From: a virus | IMG/VR virus record: IMGVR_UViG_3300028027_000003 | Direction: 5' to 3' (one strand) | DNA length: 61,672 nt | In this document: in pieces, positions 34,926-43,950 of the stretch | Numbering within the stretch: position 1 is the stretch's first letter | Layout of the letters: each line of letters opens with the position of its first letter | Made by a program: the position numbers and the translations under genes | Notes under the pieces: generated by a model | Databases searched by the model: none | Told to the model about the DNA's origin: nothing | Seen by the model: only the letters and a program-made list of their open reading frames with translations

Positions 34926-35131
34926 CAGAACGATTATTAACAGAAACAGAGGCACGACTAAACAGCCACGAACAAGTGTGTGCTGAACGTTATGCAGCCA
35001 TATCAAATAGTCTTGAGGCAGCAAGTATGCGTATTACTAAGATTGAATACTTACTCTATGGGGTAATGTTATGTGTATTACTTGGTCCAGGTACTGCTGC
35101 TGAATTCTTTAAACACTTAATAGGAATGTGA
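34922..35131 (+). CDS. Small protein with C-terminal transmembrane helix (lysis-cassette member, holin-like?)
   Basis: YLLYGVMLCVLLGPGTAA hydrophobic segment. Confidence 0.45.
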   Translation: MTERLLTETEARLNSHEQVCAERYAAISNSLEAASMRITKIEYLLYGVMLCVLLGPGTAAEFFKHLIGM

Positions 35132-35156
35132 AATTGAACCAATCAGTCTTTTACTT

Positions 35157-35837
35157 ATGGGTGCGTACCAATGTGTCAACGCTATCAAAGAAGGTTGTGA
35201 GTTATATAAGCAAACTAAAGAATCTTTTGTCGAAATAAAAGAATCTTATGACGAAGTAGCGGGAGATGTAGAGGAAATTAAAGGTATCTTTTTATTCCTC
35301 ATAACATTCTTTCGTGAAAAGTTATTAGGCAAACCAGTTGTTGTTACTCCTAAACCTAAAGCTAAACAAAAACAAAAAGCTAAGTATGTTACTGTAGATG
35401 AAACTAAAGTAAGAGCAGGTGTTATAGCTAATCTTACTGAGTTCTTAACTATACAAGAAAAGATGGCATCTATAATCCGTGAAATGGAATATAAGAGTAG
35501 TCATGTATATGATAAAGATCAGAATCATATGAAGGCAGCTCTTGAAAGAGTAGATGCCTTAGATCAAATGGCTGCTCTTGAAGTAACAATTAGAGAAACT
35601 ATGGTGTATCAATCTCCCCCTGAAATGGGTGCTCTTTATTCTAAAGTATTTGAGATGAGAGATATCATCAGAGAAGAACAAGAGCAAGCTAGGTTAGCTG
35701 AAGAACAGCAGGAGAGGGCTAGGCTATGGCAACTAAGGCAACAGGAAACAAAAAGAAAAATAACAATATATCTAGTAATAGCAACCCTGTTCCTAGCTGG
35801 ATACCTCCACCTGTGGCTCCTGTATCTCAGCATGTAG
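35157..35837 (+). CDS. Coiled-coil protein with C-terminal membrane anchor
   Basis: ITIYLVIATLFLAGYLHLWLLYL at the C-terminus. Confidence 0.5.
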   Translation: MGAYQCVNAIKEGCELYKQTKESFVEIKESYDEVAGDVEEIKGIFLFLITFFREKLLGKPVVVTPKPKAKQKQKAKYVTVDETKVRAGVIANLTEFLTIQEKMASIIREMEYKSSHVYDKDQNHMKAALERVDALDQMAALEVTIRETMVYQSPPEMGALYSKVFEMRDIIREEQEQARLAEEQQERARLWQLRQQETKRKITIYLVIATLFLAGYLHLWLLYLSM

Positions 35838-35848
35838 AGGAGTCTAAT

Positions 35849-36046
35849 ATGCACTACTTAGGATGGATAGCCGCATGTGTTCTTGTTGCAATACTATTAC
35901 CTCTTTCAGGTATAGTACTCACAAGGATGTATAGTACTGAAATAAAGACAGAAGCACTCAATATAGAAACTAAACAAACTCTTAGGCAAATTGAAAAGTT
36001 AAAACAAGAGATAGAACAAAAGGGAAATAATGAAACAACTAGATAA
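35849..36046 (+). CDS. Small single-pass membrane protein
   Basis: ATG MHYLGWIAACVLVAILLPLSGIVL preceded by GAGGAG; the ORF track's longer form (35726) overlaps the previous gene. Confidence 0.5.
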   Translation: MHYLGWIAACVLVAILLPLSGIVLTRMYSTEIKTEALNIETKQTLRQIEKLKQEIEQKGNNETTR

Positions 36047-36353
36047 AGATTCAGCATACAACCAATTTGATACTAATAATGATGGTACTGTAAGTGATGA
36101 AGAGTTATCACGTTCTGAACGAATGATGATGATTGAGAACATGGATAAGATGGCTGATCAACAACGTATCATGGCATGGTTTGCTCTGGGTTTACCTGTT
36201 GTACTCACTATTCTATTTGGCTCTGATTTTATTTCATTAGAAAAAGTAGCTGCATTAACTGGTTTACTAACTACGTATTGTGCAGGTATGACTACTATTG
36301 TTGTTGCATTTATGGCAGCACAAGCATATACTCGTGGAAAGATGAATGAGTAA
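36030..36353 (+). CDS. Membrane protein with N-terminal canonical EF-hand loop (holin-like position)
   Basis: DTNNDGTVSDEE fits D-x-N-x-D-G-x-V-x-x-x-E; two hydrophobic helices follow. Confidence 0.55.
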   Translation: MKQLDKDSAYNQFDTNNDGTVSDEELSRSERMMMIENMDKMADQQRIMAWFALGLPVVLTILFGSDFISLEKVAALTGLLTTYCAGMTTIVVAFMAAQAYTRGKMNE

Positions 36354-36817
36354 TGAAATCTGCTATAGCATATCTTTTATTTGGTATACTATTATTTTCA
36401 GTAGGTTACTACAAAGGTAATCGTGATGAGTATGAAGAACAACAAATAGAAGTTCAAAGATTAAACAAACAATCAAAAGAAGCAGAAGATAGGTTAGCCA
36501 CAGTAGCAACTACTTATGCTCAAACTTTAAGGAAAGCAGATAATGTTGCTAAAGTTAAACAGAATAAGCTTATTGCTGATATTAAGTCTGGCGAGCGTAA
36601 GCTGTTCTTTCCTGCCCAGCAAACCCAGAGCAGTATTTCAACTACCGACAATACCAGAACTACCAGCGGAAATACAGAAACAGGAACCGAACTTGACGGA
36701 CGAACTGCTGAAGCTCTTATCACCATCACCTCCAGAGGCGACAAAGCAATAAGAGATTTAAATGTTTGTGTAGATCAATACAACAATGTTAAAAAAGAAA
36801 TTGAAGGAATTAAATGA
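36353..36817 (+). CDS. i-spanin (Rz-like)
   Basis: N-terminal TM helix, coiled-coil periplasmic domain, located just before the endolysin, contains an embedded +1-frame lipoprotein ORF. Confidence 0.7.
   Translation: MKSAIAYLLFGILLFSVGYYKGNRDEYEEQQIEVQRLNKQSKEAEDRLATVATTYAQTLRKADNVAKVKQNKLIADIKSGERKLFFPAQQTQSSISTTDNTRTTSGNTETGTELDGRTAEALITITSRGDKAIRDLNVCVDQYNNVKKEIEGIK
36543..36752 (+). CDS. o-spanin (Rz1-like) embedded in the i-spanin gene
   Basis: Signal-like LLLILSLASVSC with lipobox-like Cys, then a Pro-rich mature part (LPSKPRAVFQLPTIPELPAE...SPSPPE). Confidence 0.6.
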   Translation: MLLKLNRISLLLILSLASVSCSFLPSKPRAVFQLPTIPELPAEIQKQEPNLTDELLKLLSPSPPEATKQ

Positions 36818-37278
36818 CACAACTAAGTACTAACTTTAGTTTAAAAGAATTTACTAAATCAGAAACTGCCACTCGATTAGGTCTTGATAATACACCTAAT
36901 GAAGAAGTAATTGGTAGACTTAAAACATTAGTTGAAACCATTATTCAACCTGTAAGAGATCATTTTGGTAAGACTACAATTAACAGCGGTTATCGTTCTC
37001 CTGAATCTAATGCTGCTGTAGGTGGTTCTAAAACATCAGATCATTGTAAAGGTTTTGCTGCTGACATTGAAGTCCCTGGAGTAGCTAATGGTGACTTAGC
37101 TGAATACATTAAAGCTAACTTTAAATTCACTCAATTAATCTTAGAATTTTATACTCAAGGAATTCCTGATAGTGGCTGGGTACATGTGTCATATGACCCA
37201 TCTAACCTCAAATGTGAATGTTTAACCGCTGTAAAACAGAATGGTAAAACAGTGTATTTAAAAGGTATTCAAGCCTAA
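36814..37278 (+). CDS. Endolysin, peptidase M15 family (L-Ala-D-Glu / D-Ala-D-Ala peptidase type)
   Basis: FSLKEFTKSETA..INSGYRSPESN..SDHCKGFAADIEV..WVHVSY zinc-ligand pattern. Confidence 0.8.
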   Translation: MTQLSTNFSLKEFTKSETATRLGLDNTPNEEVIGRLKTLVETIIQPVRDHFGKTTINSGYRSPESNAAVGGSKTSDHCKGFAADIEVPGVANGDLAEYIKANFKFTQLILEFYTQGIPDSGWVHVSYDPSNLKCECLTAVKQNGKTVYLKGIQA

Positions 37279-37279
37279 C

Positions 37280-37300
37280 ACAGACGACCCCTAATAGAGA
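37280..37300 (+). promoter_or_regulatory. Phage RNAP promoter candidate
   Basis: ACAGACGACCCCTAATAGAGA directly after the endolysin stop; near-identical to the minus-strand copy at 56916-56937. Confidence 0.65.
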
Positions 37301-37330
37301 AAGACTCCTTTGAAAAGAAAAGCCAAACAA

Positions 37331-37990
37331 ATGACTGAGCGTCTTCAAACACCTCGGTTATTTCACATTCAACCAAAGACTCTCAATCAACAAATATTGT
37401 TAGATGCAATAGAGGACTTTGAAATTACAGTAGCTTTAGGACCAGCAGGTACTGGTAAAACCTTTTGTAGTGCAAGTAAAGTAGCCCAACTATATTTAAA
37501 GGGCGGGTATGATCATATTATTTTAAGTAGAGCTAACGTACCCACAGGAAAGTCTTTAGGGGCTTTTCCTGGTACAGTAGAAGATAAATTAAGTCCTTGG
37601 TTATTACCTATTACTACGGTATTAGAGAAACAGTTTGGCGTTTCTAAGTACCAATATTTATATAATAAAAAAATAATTCAAATGCAACCACTTGAAACTA
37701 TTCGTGGTAGATCATTTGAAAACTCATTAGTTATTGTTGATGAAAGTCAGAACTTAACATTTGATGAAATTAAAGCTATTACAACTCGTTTAGGTGAGAA
37801 TTCTAAAATGATTCTATCAGGTGACTCATCTCAATCTGACGTATCTAATGGTAATGGTATTATTAAATTTGTAAATATGTGTGAGAAACATAATATTCAA
37901 ATTCCTATTGTTGAATTTACAACCAATGATGTTGTAAGATCTGATATTGTTGGGGCATTAGTAAAAATGTTTGTAAAAGAAAAAGTTTAA
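37331..37990 (+). CDS. phoH: PhoH-like ATPase
   Basis: Walker A GPAGTGKTF, IVDESQN Walker B, GDSSQSD; the ORF track begins at a TTG (37310). Confidence 0.85.
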   Translation: MTERLQTPRLFHIQPKTLNQQILLDAIEDFEITVALGPAGTGKTFCSASKVAQLYLKGGYDHIILSRANVPTGKSLGAFPGTVEDKLSPWLLPITTVLEKQFGVSKYQYLYNKKIIQMQPLETIRGRSFENSLVIVDESQNLTFDEIKAITTRLGENSKMILSGDSSQSDVSNGNGIIKFVNMCEKHNIQIPIVEFTTNDVVRSDIVGALVKMFVKEKV

Positions 37991-38001
37991 AGGAATGAAA
38001 T

Positions 38002-39543
38002 ATGGCTGAACAGATAAAAGAGTTAGGTAAGGGAGGTTGGAATTCTGACATTCCTTCTATGATCGTACCTATGAACACTTTCACAGACGTACTTAATGTA
38101 AGGTTTGACGATGAGGCTGTTCAGACAACCACAGGAGAGACTACATACAGAGTAGTATCAACATCTCCTGACTATGGTATTCATTGGAGACGTCCTGATC
38201 AAGGATATAACATTTTTGCTAAGAATGGTAATATTAAAAGGGTAGATGCAGCAGGTAATATATCTGATATGCTAGTATCCTCTGACCCTGTGTATGCTAA
38301 TAGCGATTGGCAAGGTACATTATTTAATGGGGGATATGCTATTGTTATTAACAATGGTACATCTACCCCATTATATTGTTTGTATGGAAGTTCTACAGCT
38401 GGCTCAAGCTTTCAACCGCTTCCAGGATGGAATTATGTTTCAGGTTTAACTGTATATGCTAAAGTAGTTAGATCACTTAACTATTCTTTAATTGCAGCTA
38501 ACTTAACATTAAATCAAAGTGGTACTATCACTTATGCGCCATCTACAGTAAGAGTATCTGTACAAGCTACTACAGGTGGTATTCCTTCTGTATGGCAACC
38601 AGGATTAACTACAGATACTGCTGATGAATTTGAATTAAACTCTACATCTCCTGTTCTTGATATGCAAGAACTAAGAGGGAATATGTTTATATATTCTTCT
38701 GATAGTATTTCTATTCTTACTATTGGAACAACTACTAGAGTATCTCCTTACAGTAAGTCTTATGGTATCTTAAGTACAGATTGTGTAGTAGAGTTTGATG
38801 GTAAACATTTTGTTGTTGATCGTAATGACATCTATCTTCACACTGGTTCTGGTGCTATTGAATCAATAGCTGACTTCAGAATTAAAAAATATTTCTTTAG
38901 TAATCTTAATAAGAATGCTATTAATAAAGTTCATGTAGTTAAAAACCCATTTTACAAAGAGATATGGATTAATTACCCTAAAGGTGTATCTACTGTTTGT
39001 AATGAAGCTTTAGTATTTAACTATAAAAATAATACATGGTCTAAAAGACAATTACCTTCAGCTACATATTTGTTTAATGGCCCTGCTAACGTATCTAGTA
39101 CATTCCAATATGGAAAAGAAGTATTGTATATGTGTACAAATTCTACACAAACATTAGTTACTGATGATAATTATTTAATGTGGACTGGTTCTGCGTTAGC
39201 ATCATATACTTCTTATATTGAGAAAAAGAAACTTAATACAGGTGATATTACTGGTAGCTCACTTATATCTGCATTGTATACTGTATTTGATAAGGTACCT
39301 ACGGATACAAACATTACTATCAGAGTTGTAGGACAAAATAATTATTTAGATGATGTTGATTTATCTGTAGATGATCCTAATTTAAAAGATACATTTACTT
39401 CCCTTCCAAGTAATGACAAGTCACAAGGTTACAAAGTAGATCCACGAGTTAATGGTAGGATATTAAACTATAGAATTACATCAGGTAATCGATGGAGATT
39501 AGCCTTAATGGGTATTGATCTTAAACAAGCTGACAGGAGATAA
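38002..39543 (+). CDS. Virion structural protein (tail tube/nozzle candidate)
   Basis: ORF track; 513 aa; position only. Confidence 0.45.
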   Translation: MAEQIKELGKGGWNSDIPSMIVPMNTFTDVLNVRFDDEAVQTTTGETTYRVVSTSPDYGIHWRRPDQGYNIFAKNGNIKRVDAAGNISDMLVSSDPVYANSDWQGTLFNGGYAIVINNGTSTPLYCLYGSSTAGSSFQPLPGWNYVSGLTVYAKVVRSLNYSLIAANLTLNQSGTITYAPSTVRVSVQATTGGIPSVWQPGLTTDTADEFELNSTSPVLDMQELRGNMFIYSSDSISILTIGTTTRVSPYSKSYGILSTDCVVEFDGKHFVVDRNDIYLHTGSGAIESIADFRIKKYFFSNLNKNAINKVHVVKNPFYKEIWINYPKGVSTVCNEALVFNYKNNTWSKRQLPSATYLFNGPANVSSTFQYGKEVLYMCTNSTQTLVTDDNYLMWTGSALASYTSYIEKKKLNTGDITGSSLISALYTVFDKVPTDTNITIRVVGQNNYLDDVDLSVDDPNLKDTFTSLPSNDKSQGYKVDPRVNGRILNYRITSGNRWRLALMGIDLKQADRR

Positions 39544-39545
39544 TT

Positions 39546-40406
39546 ATGCTTAACCCTCCAATAACAGGTAATGAAGAACTAGATTCATATCTTTATCAGA
39601 TTCACCTAGGAGGTGTTTCAGGAGATGGCTCATCAGGATTAACAGTTAATACTGGTAATGGGCAAATCTATGATCCAGCTACGGGAACAGTTGTATCTTA
39701 TCTTTATAGATATATGCATGTTAAATATGCTGATAGTAACGTTGGTGCTGGGTTCTCTAATACCCCTACTAATAAAAGTTACTTTGGTTTGTTTAATAGT
39801 AGTTCTTCTACTGAATCAACTAATCCAGCAGACTACACATGGTATGAGGTATCAGGTGGATTTGGTACTACTAAATATTTCTGGTATATATCTACTGGTG
39901 GTAGACAAATTAATTATTCAGTAGGTACTTCTGCTCCAAGTAGTACTTACACAATAGACACTGGTTCTGCTATTGATTTGGATACTATTACAGGTTCTGA
40001 TGGTTCTTCTGCACGTATATGTTATGCTAAAGCTAACGTAACTACTTTAAGTTCTACTCCAGCAACAGTTACTACTGTTGGCCCTACTTCTTTTCCACCA
40101 TATAACAGTTGGGGTGGCTCAGAAACATGGCAAGGAACACCTTATGCCCTTGGTACTGGTGAAGCATTATTCCAATCAGATGGTATCTATAGTCCAGCAA
40201 CAGGTTTAACAATATGGAATAATCCTTATTTGTCTAATCTTAAAGTAGGTTCTTTAAGTGCTATTAGTGCTAACTTAGGTAGTATTACTGCAGGTACAGC
40301 TACTTTTGCTACTGATGCAAACAATTATATTATTATTGATGGTAACAATCAATGTATTAAAGTATATAGTGGTGGTGTTCTTAGAGTTAAACTAGGTAAA
40401 TTATGA
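39546..40406 (+). CDS. Virion structural protein
   Basis: ORF track; YMHVKYADS..GFS..P motif reminiscent of tail/host-specificity proteins. Confidence 0.45.
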   Translation: MLNPPITGNEELDSYLYQIHLGGVSGDGSSGLTVNTGNGQIYDPATGTVVSYLYRYMHVKYADSNVGAGFSNTPTNKSYFGLFNSSSSTESTNPADYTWYEVSGGFGTTKYFWYISTGGRQINYSVGTSAPSSTYTIDTGSAIDLDTITGSDGSSARICYAKANVTTLSSTPATVTTVGPTSFPPYNSWGGSETWQGTPYALGTGEALFQSDGIYSPATGLTIWNNPYLSNLKVGSLSAISANLGSITAGTATFATDANNYIIIDGNNQCIKVYSGGVLRVKLGKL

Positions 40407-40723
40407 GTTATGGTTTTGAAATATACAACGGTTCAGGAACTAAAGTATTTTCTGATGCCGATCTTTCTTATGTAATCTTAGATACATTCCAAGTTAGTCC
40501 TACCGCTACTGGTAGTAAGACTTATACTGATATGGGTAATTACCAGTTCTTACTAACCCAAACAGCAGTAGAACCTACTACAACTACTATTGCACAATTA
40601 ATGTCTTTCAATACAACAACCTTAACTTGGTCATCTTCAGGTACTAATAGAACAGTCTATTGGGCTCCAGGAAAACAACTAGGTACTTTATACAACGTAC
40701 AGGTGTACGTGCTAGGATATTAA
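40403..40723 (+). CDS. Hypothetical virion-module protein
   Basis: ORF track. Confidence 0.5.
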   Translation: MSYGFEIYNGSGTKVFSDADLSYVILDTFQVSPTATGSKTYTDMGNYQFLLTQTAVEPTTTTIAQLMSFNTTTLTWSSSGTNRTVYWAPGKQLGTLYNVQVYVLGY

Positions 40724-41725
40724 ATGGCGTATGGTCTTTTAGTTACAGGACATAACAACACTGTATGTTTAAATTCAGATGTTAAATCTATGGTGTACAT
40801 GGGTAAAGCTACCAGAATTACTGGTACTAACTTAACATTATTTCCTGCTGATCTTACTGGTAATCGTGTAGAATACATTTTTTGGTTAAATAGAACTACT
40901 AATTATCCAGCTGCAGCAGGTCATAGAGATATAACTTGTACAGGTTATTGTAATAGTGGTAACTCAGTTAATACCTTGCCTAATGATAATGGTTGTTATA
41001 CATACAGTATTGAATCCTATAGTTATCCTCAAGTGTTTGTTAATACTACTAATTACAATGTTACAGGTATTGTTTTAGCAATAGTTGATACAGGAACTAC
41101 TGGCCCTCAAGGATGGCCTATTTGGTATATTAAATTAGGGGTATCATATCCAGTAGGTTGGAGAGATACAGCGTTACCATACTTATCTCTTTATTGTTTC
41201 TCACCTATTCCTCCAACAACTTCAACAAATTATGGTATAGCAACATACGATTCTGCTGGTAATATAACTTTCTCTAATGCAACTAAGCCATTAAGAATTA
41301 AAGATATTATTTCAGTTAATTCTATTTCGTTTTCTGATCCAAATAACTTAACTACTATTTCTATTAATCATACTCGAATGGCAAACCCAGTTGTGTCAGT
41401 ATATGATATGACTAAACCTTCATTCTTAAATATTGACTTTGCAAGGTATCAATGGTTACGATCATTTAACTTAGGAAACATTGCTTATGGCTACAATGAC
41501 TATTGGGGCTATTGCGAAGATTATGCGCCTACTTATGGTTACCTTAATCAAACATTTTTGATTGGCGGCTTAAGACCTAACTTAACTGATACCGATATTG
41601 CTTTTAACTTATTAGGGCTAGATACAACAGCCTATGGTTGTTTAAGAAATCCTGCGTCTTCATTAGGTAAATATGAACAGTTACCCTCTTATGTTCCTGT
41701 TATAGATGGAGCCGATTATGATTGA
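40724..41725 (+). CDS. Hypothetical virion-module protein
   Basis: ORF track. Confidence 0.5.
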   Translation: MAYGLLVTGHNNTVCLNSDVKSMVYMGKATRITGTNLTLFPADLTGNRVEYIFWLNRTTNYPAAAGHRDITCTGYCNSGNSVNTLPNDNGCYTYSIESYSYPQVFVNTTNYNVTGIVLAIVDTGTTGPQGWPIWYIKLGVSYPVGWRDTALPYLSLYCFSPIPPTTSTNYGIATYDSAGNITFSNATKPLRIKDIISVNSISFSDPNNLTTISINHTRMANPVVSVYDMTKPSFLNIDFARYQWLRSFNLGNIAYGYNDYWGYCEDYAPTYGYLNQTFLIGGLRPNLTDTDIAFNLLGLDTTAYGCLRNPASSLGKYEQLPSYVPVIDGADYD

Positions 41726-42425
41726 TAAAATTGAATGGGAACCTGAAACAACTACAACTCCAGTAAGTTTCTTTAGTAATGTATCTAATATTGAGCTTGT
41801 GCGTCATGAACCTGAAGCTCCTTTAGTGTCAGAGCAATATGTAGGTAGCAATGGAGAACAAAGGGTTTTAGTTAGTTCTTGTACTCAACAAGGTAAAGAT
41901 ATTATTTATAAAGCTATGGAAGTGTTTGGAGATGACTTCTTTGATTCTCTTAATACTAGCGTAGTAGGATTACTAGAATCTGAAAATGTTGTAACATCTA
42001 ATTTAAAGTATCCTAACAATACTATAACTGAATTAAAACTTTATTTAAACACTTGTGAAGCTGCTGTAAAAGAAGTAAATGTGTACGATGGCGATACGTC
42101 TTCTTTCCCTATTCCTTCTTCGGCTAAAGTAATTTTTGTAGGCACATACACAAACTACAAAGATCTTAATTTTCCTGAATCATTAAACAATATTATTGAT
42201 GTATATTTTAGTTGTAATCATAGTGATGTTTGTGATTACTATAAATTTAATTTCCCTGAAGGTTCTTTAAGAACATACTATGGTGTGTCTTTTAATAAAG
42301 ATACCAAAGAAATTAGAAGATCTAAATCTTATACTTACTCTGTTGATAGCCCTCAATCTAATTGGGATTTAATAGAAGAGAACTACAGGAAAAGAAAAAA
42401 TGAAAATAATCCCATTAGCTCCTGA
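41706..42425 (+). CDS. Hypothetical virion-module protein
   Basis: ORF track. Confidence 0.5.
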   Translation: MEPIMIDKIEWEPETTTTPVSFFSNVSNIELVRHEPEAPLVSEQYVGSNGEQRVLVSSCTQQGKDIIYKAMEVFGDDFFDSLNTSVVGLLESENVVTSNLKYPNNTITELKLYLNTCEAAVKEVNVYDGDTSSFPIPSSAKVIFVGTYTNYKDLNFPESLNNIIDVYFSCNHSDVCDYYKFNFPEGSLRTYYGVSFNKDTKEIRRSKSYTYSVDSPQSNWDLIEENYRKRKNENNPISS

Positions 42426-42819
42426 TATTGTAATTAAACACTGGAATACACTATCTAAGTATATTGCTGAAGCATTAGAACATGGGCAAGGTGAATCAAC
42501 CTTAACAGATTACTTACGTAGAATTCTTAACAACGAAGTGCATTGTTGGGCTGTAGCTGAGGGTGAAAATAATAATATTGTTGGTGCTGGATTAACACAA
42601 GTACTCCAATATGCTCAACATAGTACATTACATATTATTGTTTTTTCAGGTAGTAATTTTGAAGAACAATCTAAAGTATTCCCTACTGTAGAACAATTTG
42701 CAAAAGATTTAGGCTGTAAAGCTATTGAACAATGGGGTAGACCAGGATGGGCTAAAACCCTACCTAAGTACGTACCTGGCTTTAAACAAGCCTACGTGGT
42801 TATGAGAAAAGACTTATAA
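42400..42819 (+). CDS. Hypothetical protein
   Basis: ORF track. Confidence 0.5.
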   Translation: MKIIPLAPDIVIKHWNTLSKYIAEALEHGQGESTLTDYLRRILNNEVHCWAVAEGENNNIVGAGLTQVLQYAQHSTLHIIVFSGSNFEEQSKVFPTVEQFAKDLGCKAIEQWGRPGWAKTLPKYVPGFKQAYVVMRKDL

Positions 42820-42829
42820 GGAAACACAA

Positions 42830-43501
42830 ATGAGTAAATGGAAATTAAACAAGATTACCCGTAGGTACAAAGGTGGTGGCGGTGGTGGAAACCAAACAGT
42901 AGAATCTATTCCTTCATGGCTTAGACCTGCTTATGAAAATGTAACTGGTACTGCCAAGTCTCAATACGATTCAGGTAATTTAAGTAAGGTAGCTGAGGCA
43001 TCTGGTCTACAAGAAGAAGCTTGGACTTCTGGTATTGGTGGTGTAAGAGATGTATCTAAAGCTAACCAAGAAATGTTTGGTGATCAAGCAAGCCGTATAA
43101 CTGAAATGGCTAAGACAGGTGGAGCTAATGAGCTTAAAGACGCATTAGCATTAGACATTGGTATGGGTGAATCTAGCCTTGGAAATCAATTTGGTAGCTC
43201 AGGTACATTAGGTTCTTATCGCCATAACTTAGCTTCAGCTACAAGTGGTGATGCTGCTAAAGCTAAATTTGCACAACAAGTTATTGCTAATAAAGCAGGT
43301 GCTGAAGAAGCCCTTGGAAGAAGTGCTTCAGGTGCTTCTGCTGATGCAACTAACTTGCTTAAATCTCTTGAAGCAACTGGTGCTGGTGAACGTGCTGTTG
43401 ATCAATCTCAATTAGATGCTAATTGGCAAGGTCTACAACGTTATGCTTCTACTATTTATGGTAATCCTGCAAGACAACAACAAGCTCAAGGGGGTAAATA
43501 A
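42830..43501 (+). CDS. Internal virion/ejection-protein candidate
   Basis: Gly-rich N-terminus (KGGGGGGNQ), position before the giant ORFs. Confidence 0.45.
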   Translation: MSKWKLNKITRRYKGGGGGGNQTVESIPSWLRPAYENVTGTAKSQYDSGNLSKVAEASGLQEEAWTSGIGGVRDVSKANQEMFGDQASRITEMAKTGGANELKDALALDIGMGESSLGNQFGSSGTLGSYRHNLASATSGDAAKAKFAQQVIANKAGAEEALGRSASGASADATNLLKSLEATGAGERAVDQSQLDANWQGLQRYASTIYGNPARQQQAQGGK

Positions 43502-43950
43502 TGAATAATGACCCTTGGGATTGGGCTAAACAAAGTCAACAACAAGTTGTAAACCAACCACAGGTAAGTAACGTTATTGCACCATTAGGTGGTGGTAGTC
43601 AAGAGTCAATGCCTTCAGCTCCTGCAAAACAAAGTGATCCATTAGAAGGTGCTTTAACAAGTGCTGCTATAGGTAAAACAATTGGTGGCGCTGAAACAGC
43701 TTTAACTGCTGGTAAAGCCGCATATACTGCTGCTAATGCTGCACCACTAGCTGGAGCAACTCAAGCCGCTACTGGCTTTTTAGGTAGCGCATTACCCGCT
43801 GGTGCTGGCGGTGCTGCTACTGCTACAGCAGGTGGATTAGGTGCTAGCTTAGGTGCAGGTTTAAGTGCAGGATTAACTGCTGCCGCTCCTATTGCATTAC
43901 CCGCATTAGGTATGTATGCTGCATATAAGGCAGTAAAAGGAGGAAAATAA
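43501..43950 (+). CDS. Gly/Ala-rich hydrophobic protein (membrane-active ejection protein candidate)
   Basis: Long A/G/L tract AAPLAGATQAATGFLGSALPAGAGGAATATAGGLGASLGAGLSAGLTAAAPIALPALGMYAAY. Confidence 0.5.
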   Translation: MNNDPWDWAKQSQQQVVNQPQVSNVIAPLGGGSQESMPSAPAKQSDPLEGALTSAAIGKTIGGAETALTAGKAAYTAANAAPLAGATQAATGFLGSALPAGAGGAATATAGGLGASLGAGLSAGLTAAAPIALPALGMYAAYKAVKGGK

